Shown here: positions 1-10,409 of the stretch, in pieces
Position numbering within the stretch: position 1 is the first letter of the stretch
Layout: every line of letters starts with the position of its first letter
Source of the DNA: an uncultured Litorivicinus sp.
GTDB taxonomy: Bacteria > Pseudomonadota > Gammaproteobacteria > Pseudomonadales > Litorivicinaceae
Length of the DNA: 64,000 nt
Direction: 5' to 3'
Assembly: GCA_902541775.1 (NCBI GenBank)
Contig: CACBSE010000002.1
Coordinates: 15,677-79,676, forward strand
The notes under the pieces: model-generated
Databases searched by the model: none
What the model was told of the DNA's origin: nothing
Seen by the model: only the letters and a program-made list of their open reading frames with translations
Translations under genes and position numbers: made by a program

Positions 1-2
1 AT

Positions 3-326
3 ACATCTGCTCTCACAGCCATCGGTAACGATTATGGTTATGACCAAGTGTTCTCGAGACAAGTTGAAGGCCTAGGACAATCCGGTGATTTACTTATCGG
101 TATCTCAACAAGTGGCAATTCAAAGAATGTCGTCAAAGCAATGGAAGTTGCTCAAAGCAAAAGCATTCGCACAGTGGCATTAATTGGTGACAAGCCAGGT
201 GGTGCAATGCAAGCGATTGCAGACTACGTCTTAGCTGCACCATCGACTAATACGGCGCGTATTCAGGAGTGCCACATCCTAATGATGCACACGCTCTGTC
301 AATTGGTTGAGTCAGAATCCCTCTGA
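3..326 (+). CDS. gmhA: Phosphoheptose isomerase (5'-truncated by window edge)
   Basis: Frame is open from base 3: TSALTAIGNDYGYDQVFSRQVEGLG..GDLLIGISTSGNS..TARIQECH, SIS-domain GmhA motifs. Confidence 0.93.
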   Translation, partial: TSALTAIGNDYGYDQVFSRQVEGLGQSGDLLIGISTSGNSKNVVKAMEVAQSKSIRTVALIGDKPGGAMQAIADYVLAAPSTNTARIQECHILMMHTLCQLVESESL

Positions 327-1714
327 CGAATCTTTGCGATCAAGTGGCTGGTTGATAGATTAGCCACTTCACCGAGCACTTTGACTTCCCCGCCATAGTC
401 CAACACGTACTCGTAGCCGACCACTTCCTCAATCGATTTGTAGTCACCGCCCTTCACAAGAACATCAGGTCGGACCACATCAATTAATGGAATCGGCGTG
501 TCATCCTCAAATGCGATAACGGCATCCACAGCACCGAGACCTGCGAGTACCTGGAGCCGCCGTTCGATGGTATTCACGGGACGCTCGGGCCCTTTTAAAC
601 GAGCCACTGACACATCTGAATTCACAGCAACAATCAAACGGTCGCCAAGAGAAGCTGCTTCTTTTAAATAGGCGACATGACCGGCATGCAGGATATCAAA
701 GCAACCATTGGTCATAACAACCATCTCACCTTTAGCTCGGCATTGTTCAGCCCAAGCAGCTGCATCGTCTGCGCAATCGAAAATGCCATGATTAACCGAC
801 AAAGCTCTCTCCAGCTCTCCACCACTGACTGTTGCCGTCCCAAGTTTTGACACAACGAGTCCAGCCGCTCGATTTGCCAAGTCGGCGGATTCAGCCATGC
901 TCATCCCCGAACCAAGCCCTGCAGCAACAGTCGCAATTACAGTGTCACCAGCGCCGGTAACGTCAGCGACTTCACGAGCTGTCGTCGCAAATTGATGCAC
1001 AGCTCCATCACGCGCAATAAGCGTCATTCCCTGTTCAGAGCGCGTGACCAAGATTGTGTCGATATCCAGTTCATTAATGAGATTCCGGGCTTTTTCAGCC
1101 AGCTCCTGATCGTTAGCCCAGGTACCACAAACCGCCTCAAACTCGGCGCAATTCGGCGTCAACAAGGTCGCTCCTCGGTATCTCTCAAAGTTGGTACCCT
1201 TCGGATCGACAACCACGGGAATCTTGAACGCACGTGCTTTTTGAATAAGTAAACGAGGCTCTAGGCTGCCTTTTGCATAGTCACTTAAAACAACTGCCGT
1301 GATTCCATCGAGAGATATCGACTGAGCAAGCGACTCTGCATGTGATGCATCAAAGGGTGTCTCAAAATCCAGACGAATCATTTGATGTGCTTGGCTTAAA
1401 ACCCGCAGTTTTGTAATGGTCCTGTGGTCAACGCGTGTTAACAGTGGCATCACATTATGGTTTGTCAGTGTCTGCTCCAATAAATCTGCGTCCAAGTCAA
1501 GGCCCACAAGGCCAGCGCAAGTCGCTTGAGCACCCAGTGACGATAAATTCAAAGCAACGTTCGCAGCCCCGCCTGGACGTGCTTCATCGTGAGTGACCCG
1601 AACAACTGGAACAGGAGCCTCGGGGGAGATTCGGCCTGCATCGCCATGCCAGTACCGATCAAGCATGACATCTCCAACAACTAAAACTCGCGATGCAGAA
1701 AAGATATGTGACAC
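299..1714 (-). CDS. hldE: Bifunctional heptose-7-phosphate kinase / heptose-1-phosphate adenylyltransferase
   Basis: VLVVGDVMLDRYW, ISPEAPVPV, PGGAANVA, DVTGAGDT (ribokinase fold) plus NGCFDILHAGH (cytidylyltransferase). Start moved to GTG 1714, which follows a GAGAG SD-like motif. Confidence 0.95.
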   Translation of the reverse strand: MSHIFSASRVLVVGDVMLDRYWHGDAGRISPEAPVPVVRVTHDEARPGGAANVALNLSSLGAQATCAGLVGLDLDADLLEQTLTNHNVMPLLTRVDHRTITKLRVLSQAHQMIRLDFETPFDASHAESLAQSISLDGITAVVLSDYAKGSLEPRLLIQKARAFKIPVVVDPKGTNFERYRGATLLTPNCAEFEAVCGTWANDQELAEKARNLINELDIDTILVTRSEQGMTLIARDGAVHQFATTAREVADVTGAGDTVIATVAAGLGSGMSMAESADLANRAAGLVVSKLGTATVSGGELERALSVNHGIFDCADDAAAWAEQCRAKGEMVVMTNGCFDILHAGHVAYLKEAASLGDRLIVAVNSDVSVARLKGPERPVNTIERRLQVLAGLGAVDAVIAFEDDTPIPLIDVVRPDVLVKGGDYKSIEEVVGYEYVLDYGGEVKVLGEVANLSTSHLIAKIRQRDSDSTN

Positions 1715-1785
1715 AGAAGATCTCTCTAATGATTCCAAGCTTGTTATAGTACCGAGCTTCACCAATGAACCCAACCGGATTACAC

Positions 1786-2673
1786 ATGGGCATTTCTCTC
1801 GTTCAGCTGGGACTTAGCTTCATTCGATTCTTAGCAGCACTGCCACCAAGGCTTGGAATGGCTGTCGGTCGCCTGATTGGAACGTTGCTATTCCACATGG
1901 CAAAGAATCGGCGTCTTGTCTGTGAACGAAATATTGCTATCTGCTTCCCAGAGTTAGGACCGTCCGAACAACGCAATCTTGTCAAAGCATGCTTTGAGCA
2001 AAATGGAATTGGATTAGCGGAGACCGCATGGTCTTGGCATCGACCAATCAATTTTATCAACGACAAAATTCGTTTATCAGGACAGGAGCTTCTCGAACAG
2101 GCCAACATAGAGGGTCGAGGCGTTCTGTTACTGTGTCCACACTACAGCATGTTGGACTTGGTCGCCCCGCTCATGTATGCCGTCGCCGGCAGATTTGTGG
2201 TTAGTTATCGCCCCAATGACAATCCGATTTTTGATCAAGCTGTGTGTCGTGGACGCGCACGCTATGCCGAATTGGTCGACGTCCGTGCATTACGCGATAT
2301 CGCTAAACACTTGAAACAAGGCGACTTGGTGTGGTTTGGACCCGATCAAGACATGGGGCCAAAAGGCTCCGTCTTCGCCCCTTTTTTTGGCAGGCCTGCC
2401 TGTACCGTGACAACACCATCTCGACTCGCTCGAATGTCTGGCGCAGTCAGCATTTTTCTTGACCTCCACCGCGATGATGATGGTCTCTATCAGGCCTCAT
2501 TTGTCCCAATGCCCAATGATTACCCGGATGAAGATGAAGTCAAGAATGCGCGCGTACTCAATCAACGCATTGAAGGCGCCCTGAAAAAGCATCCGTCCCA
2601 ATACATGTGGATGCACAAACGATTTAAGACAAATCCAGACCTTACGCGGCAGACACTGTATCAATCTGACTAA
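1786..2673 (+). CDS. lpxL: Lipid A lauroyl/palmitoleoyl acyltransferase (LpxL/HtrB family)
   Basis: RNIAICFPEL, catalytic HxxxxD (PHYSMLD), PDQD, VFAPFFG, QYMWMHKRFKT. Start at 1786 or 1765. Confidence 0.88.
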   Translation: MGISLVQLGLSFIRFLAALPPRLGMAVGRLIGTLLFHMAKNRRLVCERNIAICFPELGPSEQRNLVKACFEQNGIGLAETAWSWHRPINFINDKIRLSGQELLEQANIEGRGVLLLCPHYSMLDLVAPLMYAVAGRFVVSYRPNDNPIFDQAVCRGRARYAELVDVRALRDIAKHLKQGDLVWFGPDQDMGPKGSVFAPFFGRPACTVTTPSRLARMSGAVSIFLDLHRDDDGLYQASFVPMPNDYPDEDEVKNARVLNQRIEGALKKHPSQYMWMHKRFKTNPDLTRQTLYQSD

Positions 2674-3604
2674 CCCATTCCATCACTTCAGATGCACCGA
2701 GATCAGACATTTGTCCTGTCGGGCTCTCGAGAATCTGCGACGTCTCAGAAAGAGGTCCCACAAGACCCGGCTTTGTCGGCCCGTACAACGAGAGCATGGG
2801 AGTACCCAATGCGTCAGCAACATGCGCGAGACCAGTGTCAACTGAAACCACTGCGCGGGCATTTGAAATCTCAAACGCAACGTCATTCAACGAGGCTTGA
2901 TTCAAAATCCGTATCGGCAATCCCTCGGTAATCGCTGACACTGCTTCAAATTCAACATCACTACCAACTGGCAGGACAATGTCAGAAAACTGTGGAAGTG
3001 CATCCTCGATGACGGCTTTCCATCCATCAATTGTCCAACACTTGGCCTGCCGACTCGTCTGAGTCACCAGCACCAGACAATCTGTGGGCTCGTGTGGTCG
3101 ACTGAGGTCAATTGACGCGTATGGATTCGTCTCTGGAAGGGTGTAACCGAGCGAACGAGCGAAAAGTTCACGCGTCCTCGATATGGCATGTTTTGAGCGA
3201 GCCACGCGATGCTTCACATCATAAACACTCGCTGCCAAACTTTCTTTTGCTGACCGACGATCAAATCCATGTTTTAGCCCATCGGTAAAACGGGTAATTA
3301 AAAATGCGCTCTTCAGTAACCCTTGAGCATCAATCACGGCATCGTATCGCTGCGCACCGAGGACTTGTTTGTGTGCAGCGAAATCATTCGAGAACAGCAG
3401 GCGGTGCAGCCTTCCTTTCCAGCGTCTTAATGGAATCGCCAGAACGTCTCCCACAGACGGATGCCAGTGTGGAATTTCCGCAAAGGCCGGCTCACACACC
3501 CAATCAAATCGAATGTTGCCGAGTGCTTGTGTTGCGTCCGTAAGTGCTGGTAATGTGTGAACTAAGTCGCCCATGGAGGATGTTTTCACCACCAAAACAC
3601 GCAT
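2642..3604 (-). CDS. waaC: LPS heptosyltransferase I
   Basis: MRVLVVKTSSMGDLVHTLPALTDA, YDAVIDAQGLLKSA, VSVDTGLAHVA. Confidence 0.95.
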   Translation of the reverse strand: MRVLVVKTSSMGDLVHTLPALTDATQALGNIRFDWVCEPAFAEIPHWHPSVGDVLAIPLRRWKGRLHRLLFSNDFAAHKQVLGAQRYDAVIDAQGLLKSAFLITRFTDGLKHGFDRRSAKESLAASVYDVKHRVARSKHAISRTRELFARSLGYTLPETNPYASIDLSRPHEPTDCLVLVTQTSRQAKCWTIDGWKAVIEDALPQFSDIVLPVGSDVEFEAVSAITEGLPIRILNQASLNDVAFEISNARAVVSVDTGLAHVADALGTPMLSLYGPTKPGLVGPLSETSQILESPTGQMSDLGASEVMEWVSQIDTVSAA

Positions 3605-4644
3605 TAGGCAATCCGCTGAATTTGTTGCGATAACGCGTCGAATACCTCATCAACCGAGAGCTCAGACAAACATGCCTGATGCTTTAAGGGACACTCTCTT
3701 TCGAAGCACGGATGGCAGGGTACAGGATGCGTCAACGTCACTGCCGTCTCACTAAGGGGCGGCGTATGCGCTGGTGAAGACGGTCCAAACAATGCAACTA
3801 ATGGACGACCTGTAGCTGCAGCCACGTGCATCAAGCCCGAATCATTTGTCACAACAGCTTTTGATAACCCGATGATGTCAACCGCCTCAGGGATCGATGT
3901 CAAACCTGCGAAATTGACCATTCTTTTTCGTTTTGATTCCTCAATTTGGTCGATTAATCGCCGCATATCGTCTGCATCATTAGGCGAGCCCAACAAGGCA
4001 ATCTGGTACCCATCATCAATTAAGCGTGTCACCAGATCGGAAAAATAATCAATAGGCCATTGTTTCGCAGGTCCAAACTCGGCTCCAGGACAAATAGCAA
4101 CTAGCCGAGAGCGGTCCAGTCCATGCACTGTCACCAGACGATTCTGTGAAGTTTGGTCTGTGGTCAAACGTGGAAATAGGGGAGCTTCAGGTAATTGATT
4201 GGCTGACAGCGCAAGATTCGCCGGAAATCCAAGTGCCATATACCTATCAATCATTCGCGGAAATCGAGCCTCGTGTAGAATTCGTAGATCGGTCAGTAAC
4301 TTGTATCGATACTCACCTCGCCATCCTATTCGGCGAGGAATACCGGCCATCGCTGGAATCAGTGCCGATTTGAAGGAATTAGGAAGAATGAACGACCGAT
4401 GATAGCGAGAAAAGCGAAGCTTTCGAGCGAATGCCCACCGTTCCTTTAACTTCAGCTCACCATGATCGAACGGAAGCTCGATGACCTGATCAACTTCAGG
4501 CATTCTCCGAGCGACCTCCAAGCTCCAACGGGGTGCAAGCATATGAATCGGGTCATCTGGCCTCTTGGACTTCAAAAATGAAATCAACCCATGCGCCATG
4601 ATCATGTCGCCGACCCAATTCGGGCCAACCACTAAGGTTGGCAT
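3604..4644 (-). CDS. waaF: LPS heptosyltransferase II
   Basis: VVGPNWVGDMIM, LPNSFKSA, CPGAEFGPAKQWP, NDSGLMHVAAA, CHPCFERECPLKH. Confidence 0.95.
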   Translation of the reverse strand: MPTLVVGPNWVGDMIMAHGLISFLKSKRPDDPIHMLAPRWSLEVARRMPEVDQVIELPFDHGELKLKERWAFARKLRFSRYHRSFILPNSFKSALIPAMAGIPRRIGWRGEYRYKLLTDLRILHEARFPRMIDRYMALGFPANLALSANQLPEAPLFPRLTTDQTSQNRLVTVHGLDRSRLVAICPGAEFGPAKQWPIDYFSDLVTRLIDDGYQIALLGSPNDADDMRRLIDQIEESKRKRMVNFAGLTSIPEAVDIIGLSKAVVTNDSGLMHVAAATGRPLVALFGPSSPAHTPPLSETAVTLTHPVPCHPCFERECPLKHQACLSELSVDEVFDALSQQIQRIA

Positions 4645-4647
4645 CGC

Positions 4648-5580
4648 TCATTCCTTAACGAGTGTGACCCACTCGCTGAACTTTTCATTCCGGCCGTGGA
4701 CGACATCGAAATAATCTGACTGTAGTGTTTCTGTTATTGGTCCTCGAGACCCCGCGCCGATCGGCCGCGAATCAAGCTCTCGAATCGGAGTCACCTCGGC
4801 TGCGGTCCCCGTAAAAAAAGCCTCGTCTGCGATCAAAACTTCATCACGCGTAATCCGTTTTTCAACAACATCAAGACCGTGGTCTTTAGCGAGAGTGAAG
4901 ATGGTTTTACGCGTTATCCCGTCCAAACAGCTGGTTAGCTCAGGGGTATAAATAACTCCATCACGAACGATAAAGAAATTCTCACCGGATCCCTCAGCAA
5001 CATAACCTTCTGGATCCAACAACAATGCCTCATCTGCACCACCAGTAAGCGCCTCTTGCAATGCAAGCATCGAATTCATGTAGTTCCCATTCGCTTTTGC
5101 CTTTGTCATCGTGATATTCACATGATGGCGCATGTAGCTCGAAGTCCGGACCTTTATCCCACGCTTCAGATTCTCTTCACCCATGTACGAGCCCCACGCC
5201 CAAGCAGCGACGATCACGTGAGTCTTGAGTAAATCTGCTCGTAATCCCATTCCTTCAGAGCCATAGAAAACCATTGGTCTCAAATAAGCATGTTCCAAAT
5301 CGTTTGAGGCAACAGCTGCCTTCTGCGCCGCATCAATTTCCTCCATCGAATACGGAATATTCATCCCGAGAATTTTCGCTGAATCAAAGAGTCGTCGGGT
5401 GTGGTCGTGCAAACGGAAGATTGCCGCACCCCCAACTGTTTGATAGGCACGGACTCCCTCGAAACACCCAAGGCCATAATGCAAAGTGTGTGTGAGGACG
5501 TGTGTCTGGCAATCCCGCCATGGCTTGAGTTCGCCATCAAACCAAATTAATCCATCGCGATCAGCAAAGTTCGGCTGCAT
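4648..5580 (-). CDS. ilvE: Branched-chain amino acid aminotransferase
   Basis: HTLHYGLGCFEGVRAY, KAKANGNY, AEGSGEN, LDGITRKT, FFTGTAAEVTPI. Start moved to ATG 5580. Confidence 0.96.
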   Translation of the reverse strand: MQPNFADRDGLIWFDGELKPWRDCQTHVLTHTLHYGLGCFEGVRAYQTVGGAAIFRLHDHTRRLFDSAKILGMNIPYSMEEIDAAQKAAVASNDLEHAYLRPMVFYGSEGMGLRADLLKTHVIVAAWAWGSYMGEENLKRGIKVRTSSYMRHHVNITMTKAKANGNYMNSMLALQEALTGGADEALLLDPEGYVAEGSGENFFIVRDGVIYTPELTSCLDGITRKTIFTLAKDHGLDVVEKRITRDEVLIADEAFFTGTAAEVTPIRELDSRPIGAGSRGPITETLQSDYFDVVHGRNEKFSEWVTLVKE

Positions 5581-5597
5581 TTTTACTTCCAATCAAT

Positions 5598-8225
5598 TCA
5601 AGAAGACATCCACTGCGCCCACAAAGCCTCAACCAACTGCCGTTCGTTCTCAACCTCTGCAAATTCAGTACGGCCTTTGCGACCGGCTAAGATTGCCTCA
5701 TGGTTCAACGTCCGATAGCGGATATAAGCTGTTTTCAGCGCATCTGCATCTGCTGTCGAAATACACCCTGACTCCGAAAGTCCGTCGAGCTGTCGGATAT
5801 TATCCGTATAGGTCGCAAGCTCTGGATGTTTTTCCGCATGTGCTAGAACCTGATATTGCACCATAAATTCGATATCAACGATACCTCCCCGATCGTGCTT
5901 TAAATCAAAACCAGCATCACCCACTTTGCTAACAAGTCGCGCACGCATTTTTTTCCGCATGTTAACAACATCTTTTAACAATTCAGCTGGCTCGCGAGCA
6001 TTTCGTAAAATTTTGATACGAAGTGTCTCTAATTTTTTATTCAAGAATGGATCTCCGGCAACCGGTCGCGCTCTGACAAACGCTTGTAATTCCCAGGTCC
6101 AAGCAGACTCATCGAGATATTTCTTTAGCGCATCAAGGCCGACAACCATCAAGCCAGAGCGACCAGATGGTCTGAGTCGCATATCGATTTCATATAAGCG
6201 CCCAAATCGTGTATTCGTCTCGATCAGCGCAATGACACGACGCACGACACGATTAACGAAAAGACCACCCTCAATTACGACATCGCCGTCTGTCATCTGA
6301 TCGGGATCGATGCCATGGACAAAAACCAGATCAAGGTCTGAGCCATAGCTCATTTCCAAGCCACCTAATTTGCCGTACCCAAGAACCGACAAACCGAGCC
6401 AATTGTCACCTTCACTTTCATTGACCGCCGGATGACCATGCTTATTGGCAACTTCCCGGTATGCGTAATGTAGCACTTCGGAAACCACTGCCTCAGCAAT
6501 CCAGGTCAATTGATCGGATACGCCCATTAATGGAATCTCACCGCGGATCTCAAATACTGCCACTCGGAATGCAAGACCGCGAGCGAACTGGACGAGCACT
6601 TCGGTCAAGCGTTCAGAGTCATCTGGATCGACTCTTTGCAGGCGCATTGATAATTCCTGACCAATTGCCTCGCGTGACATCTGGGCGTCACTCGCTTCAA
6701 GCGTAAGCAGCTCATCCAACAGCGCAGGCATCTCAACCAGACGCTCAGTGACCCAGGATGATCGATCCAAAATATCGAGCATGTGAGCACGTGTTGCTGG
6801 ATTCTCGGATAACAGGGATAGATACACGCTTCGTCGGGTGCAGGTCGAGATGAATCGAAGCATCCGTTCTGTCACTTCAATCGGATAAGGATTTAATTCG
6901 GGTCCTAGTTGATCTAAAAGTGTTGTCAGTCGAGTGCGCGCAATCGGCTCGAGGCGATCGCACAACGGATCATCAAGGAATGCATCCAAACACTCTTGGA
7001 CCTCGTCTTTGATCGAAGCCTCAGCCATCGCTTGTGACTCCTCGACCCGCAAAAAAGAGATAAATGCCTCATGAACTCGATCCGTAACCTCTCGACGTTT
7101 CCGTTCAAAGCTGTCGGCTGACTCAAAGCCCATCACAGCAGCCAAAGGCCCACAATCACTTGGTAATTCCTGTGTCTGCTTGTCATTTTCAGCTTGAATC
7201 AGATGTTCGACGTAACGAAGCCACAAATAGTCTTGTTTGAGTTGCAAGCCATCATTCTCGCTAATGATGGCCTCTGTAATCAGAGTCGATAGGGCATCGA
7301 GAAATCCAGTGACTTGCAAACTCGGTATCTGGCCTCCGCGCAATAACTGCATTGCTTGAACAACAAATTCGATTTCACGGATGCCACCGCGGCCAACTTT
7401 GACATTCTTATAGCGGCCATGACGACGCACTTCTGCCTCAATTTTCGATTTAAGGTCGCGAATTGATTCAAATACCCCAAAATCGAGGTATTTCCGATAC
7501 AAAAATGGCTTGAGCGATCTTAAAAGCGTATGACCTAGGTCCAAATCACCAGCGACGGGGCGAGCTTTGAGAAGCGCAAATCGTTCCCATTCCCGACCAT
7601 GCGCTTCGTAGTAGTCTTCACAAGCAACGAATGGGATCGCAAGCTGGCCCGCGGAGCCCCAAGGTCTCAGACGTTGATCGACCCGTTCGACAAATCCATG
7701 AACGGTCAGTTCATCGAGCGATTTTGTCAATTGTTGAGTCAGACGAGTGAAGTAATTGCCATGATCCCTGACGCGTGGACCGGATGTTTCGCCGTCCTCT
7801 GCAAATACGCAAATAATGTCGATGTCAGACGATAAATTCAGTTCTCGTCCACCTAGCTTACCCAAACCCAAAATGGTAAACGCGGGATTTGATGGCACAC
7901 CGAAGGCCTGTTCAAGGATTACTTGGTGATGGAGATAACTGGCATCCAAGGCAGCCTCAGCCATTTGAGTTGTTACTCGGACTGTATCCTCAAATGAGTC
8001 AGCTCTATTCAATAATCGATGAATCAGGCCCGCTTGCATTTGATTTCTCAATAATCGAGCTTCGCGATAGAAGTCGCGAGGGCTGACTGTAACCAGCTGT
8101 TGCCAGGAGGTCTTTATTTCAGAGACCGTTGGTGGCGTTGCGCCGGAATCTCTCAACCACGCTTGTTCAGGATCAAACTTCGCAACCCAACGTTTTAAAA
8201 ACTGTGAGTACTCAACTGGCTGCAT
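5598..8225 (-). CDS. glnE: Glutamine synthetase adenylyltransferase/adenylyl-removing enzyme
   Basis: Two nucleotidyltransferase repeats: GKLGGRELNLSSDID..DQRLRPWG and YGKLGGLEMSYGSDLD..DMRLRPSG. Confidence 0.96.
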   Translation of the reverse strand: MQPVEYSQFLKRWVAKFDPEQAWLRDSGATPPTVSEIKTSWQQLVTVSPRDFYREARLLRNQMQAGLIHRLLNRADSFEDTVRVTTQMAEAALDASYLHHQVILEQAFGVPSNPAFTILGLGKLGGRELNLSSDIDIICVFAEDGETSGPRVRDHGNYFTRLTQQLTKSLDELTVHGFVERVDQRLRPWGSAGQLAIPFVACEDYYEAHGREWERFALLKARPVAGDLDLGHTLLRSLKPFLYRKYLDFGVFESIRDLKSKIEAEVRRHGRYKNVKVGRGGIREIEFVVQAMQLLRGGQIPSLQVTGFLDALSTLITEAIISENDGLQLKQDYLWLRYVEHLIQAENDKQTQELPSDCGPLAAVMGFESADSFERKRREVTDRVHEAFISFLRVEESQAMAEASIKDEVQECLDAFLDDPLCDRLEPIARTRLTTLLDQLGPELNPYPIEVTERMLRFISTCTRRSVYLSLLSENPATRAHMLDILDRSSWVTERLVEMPALLDELLTLEASDAQMSREAIGQELSMRLQRVDPDDSERLTEVLVQFARGLAFRVAVFEIRGEIPLMGVSDQLTWIAEAVVSEVLHYAYREVANKHGHPAVNESEGDNWLGLSVLGYGKLGGLEMSYGSDLDLVFVHGIDPDQMTDGDVVIEGGLFVNRVVRRVIALIETNTRFGRLYEIDMRLRPSGRSGLMVVGLDALKKYLDESAWTWELQAFVRARPVAGDPFLNKKLETLRIKILRNAREPAELLKDVVNMRKKMRARLVSKVGDAGFDLKHDRGGIVDIEFMVQYQVLAHAEKHPELATYTDNIRQLDGLSESGCISTADADALKTAYIRYRTLNHEAILAGRKGRTEFAEVENERQLVEALWAQWMSS

Positions 8226-9078
8226 TCGTTGACTCCAACGATTGCACGATCATCCAGCGGGCAAGTCCTTTTGGAAGATCCCCACGTTTTAAGCCATCGT
8301 AGTAGCGAGCAATTGCCTCGTGATCATCTACTGCTTGCAATGCCCGAATCGCTTCATCTGGGGCAGGGCCAGATAACGGATCCAATGCACGACTCAACCG
8401 ATGGAGCCAATGCTCTTTAGTAGTGGGGGTCGGGTCGTCCATCGGGTCCGAGTTCTGAATCAATCGATCACCTCGCTCTGCTTTTGAGATAACACCCATA
8501 AAGGCGGGTAAGCGCTCAGATACCTCACAGCCAAGTGATATTAATTGCTCGACGTCACCTGAGAGTAGTTCAAGCTCCAACTCCGACACTTGAGACTCAC
8601 GACTGTCAACTTGTACAGAGCCAAGATCCAGAGATATCATGACACTAAAATAATCTTCTTTAACATGCCAGGTCGTACGCTCAAAGGCATTCTGAAATAC
8701 AACTTCAAGTGACCGATCCTGTATCACCGGAACAACTGACACCGGAAGATCCAAACTCTCAAGATGGGCATAATCCAGCGAAGAAGTGTCGATTGGAAAA
8801 TTCCACTCACGCCGTTGCGATAAACCTCCTTCGTCAGGCTCTCTGATTTTCACGGTCATTTCATGAGATCCATCCACAGAGCGAGTGCGAATCGCGACAC
8901 CGGCCCCGTATAGTAGTCCTTTATAATCAAAGTAGACGTTTTGTAGCATATCTGTCTGCCTTGGAATCACTCGGCCCAGAACGGAATACAACGCATCACA
9001 TACCCTCGACGGGCCGCAATCTCGCAATCCCAATTTGAGCTCAAGTTCAATCGTGTCTGGAGTTGATGCTCGATTCAT
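8212..9078 (-). CDS. CYTH-domain protein (YgiF-like inorganic triphosphatase), short C-terminus
   Basis: ExExK motif (IELELKL), NVYFD, IRTR, TVK, ELELEL, SKAERG. Lies upstream of glnE, as ygiF does. Confidence 0.85.
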   Translation of the reverse strand: MNRASTPDTIELELKLGLRDCGPSRVCDALYSVLGRVIPRQTDMLQNVYFDYKGLLYGAGVAIRTRSVDGSHEMTVKIREPDEGGLSQRREWNFPIDTSSLDYAHLESLDLPVSVVPVIQDRSLEVVFQNAFERTTWHVKEDYFSVMISLDLGSVQVDSRESQVSELELELLSGDVEQLISLGCEVSERLPAFMGVISKAERGDRLIQNSDPMDDPTPTTKEHWLHRLSRALDPLSGPAPDEAIRALQAVDDHEAIARYYDGLKRGDLPKGLARWMIVQSLESTNAAS

Positions 9079-9111
9079 CGCACAATTCCCCTGGAGAAGA
9101 GGAGTTTAACC

Positions 9112-10401
9112 ATTCAAACACAGCCCTTAGTCGCATGGCTTCGTGAAGCCGGACCTTACATTGAGCAATTCAGGGGCAAAACCTTTGTCGTTTTGCTATC
9201 AGACTCCGACCAGACCGAAGCCACCATGAGTAGTTTGGTAGAAGATTTAGTCCTGCTCAACGCATTGGGCGTTCACCTCGTTCTCATACAGAGTACACGG
9301 CATGCCATCGACTCGTACATTAGTGAACAAGAACTACAGTGTGCCTATCATGGCCATCGTCGCATCACAGATCAGGCACTTCTCAAACGCATCGTCGAAT
9401 TAGTTAGTCAAATCCGACAGACATTCCGTGGTTTGTTTATGCGTGCTCAACAAAGGAACCACGGCCAATCTTCATTGGTCTCAGGCAATTTTATTTCAGC
9501 AAAACCCTTGGGTATTCATAAAGGTGTGAACCATCAACTCACAGGATCGATTCGGCGAATTGACGCTTCAGGAATTCGTCGTCAATTAGAGATCGGATCA
9601 GTTGTCTATCTGGATCATCTCTCTCACTCACCAGCAGGCGAACTCTATAATCTTGCAAGTGAAGAGGTTGCAGCGGAAACAGCTATCGCCTTGAATGCCG
9701 ATAAACTGATTCTGATGGGTATCACGCCACACTGTGTTGATGCACACAATGAGCGGATCTCTGAACTAGCGCTTGCACTAGTCGGCGCGACGCGCGCGCA
9801 TCAAAACGAAGAAATGCAGCGCAGACTTGACGCCGCTGAGCTCGCCATCCGAGGAGGAGTGAGCCGTTGTCATATGCTTGGTGCAGGAATCGACGGTGCA
9901 ATACTAACGGAGCTTATGACAACTGATGGAAACGGCACCCTGATCGCATCACAGCCTGCGGCACCTGTCCGACAAGCATGCGTTGATGACCTGCCTGGGT
10001 TGATTCACTTACTGGCCCCGATGGAAGAACGAGGAGCCTTGGTGCAGAGATCTCGAGATATCCTGGAGGCAGAGATCGATCGCTTCTATGTGATTGAGCA
10101 AGATGGTCGCATCCTCGGATGTGCGGCACTCTATCCGCTCGATCAACAAAGCGCGGAACTAGCTGCCTTGGCGGTTGACTACGCTATATCCGAACAACAA
10201 ATCGGCACTAAATTGTTGGAGCATGTTGAAGAACAAGCACGTATGCTCTCAATCAAACATCTTTTTATATTAACAACACAGGCAAGCGACTGGTTCAAAG
10301 AGCGCGGCTTTTTGATGTCATCGATTGAAGCTTTACCCGAAAATCGACAGGCTTTGTATAATTTTCAGCGAAATTCGCTGATTCTGAAAAAAGAACTATA
10401 G
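9112..10401 (+). CDS. argA: Amino-acid N-acetyltransferase (N-acetylglutamate synthase), probable ATT start
   Basis: AAK domain plus GNAT domain. The conserved N-terminus [22 protein letters not shown] lies in frame upstream of the track start at 9193. AGGAG SD at 9100-9104 is 7 nt before ATT 9112. Confidence 0.9.
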   Translation: MQTQPLVAWLREAGPYIEQFRGKTFVVLLSDSDQTEATMSSLVEDLVLLNALGVHLVLIQSTRHAIDSYISEQELQCAYHGHRRITDQALLKRIVELVSQIRQTFRGLFMRAQQRNHGQSSLVSGNFISAKPLGIHKGVNHQLTGSIRRIDASGIRRQLEIGSVVYLDHLSHSPAGELYNLASEEVAAETAIALNADKLILMGITPHCVDAHNERISELALALVGATRAHQNEEMQRRLDAAELAIRGGVSRCHMLGAGIDGAILTELMTTDGNGTLIASQPAAPVRQACVDDLPGLIHLLAPMEERGALVQRSRDILEAEIDRFYVIEQDGRILGCAALYPLDQQSAELAALAVDYAISEQQIGTKLLEHVEEQARMLSIKHLFILTTQASDWFKERGFLMSSIEALPENRQALYNFQRNSLILKKEL

Positions 10402-10409
10402 GACCCGCT

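Noticed and set aside
8361-8368. GGGCAGGG KOPS-like octamer
   Set aside because: Single occurrence, on the strand opposite to that expected for this replichore; not distinguishable from chance.
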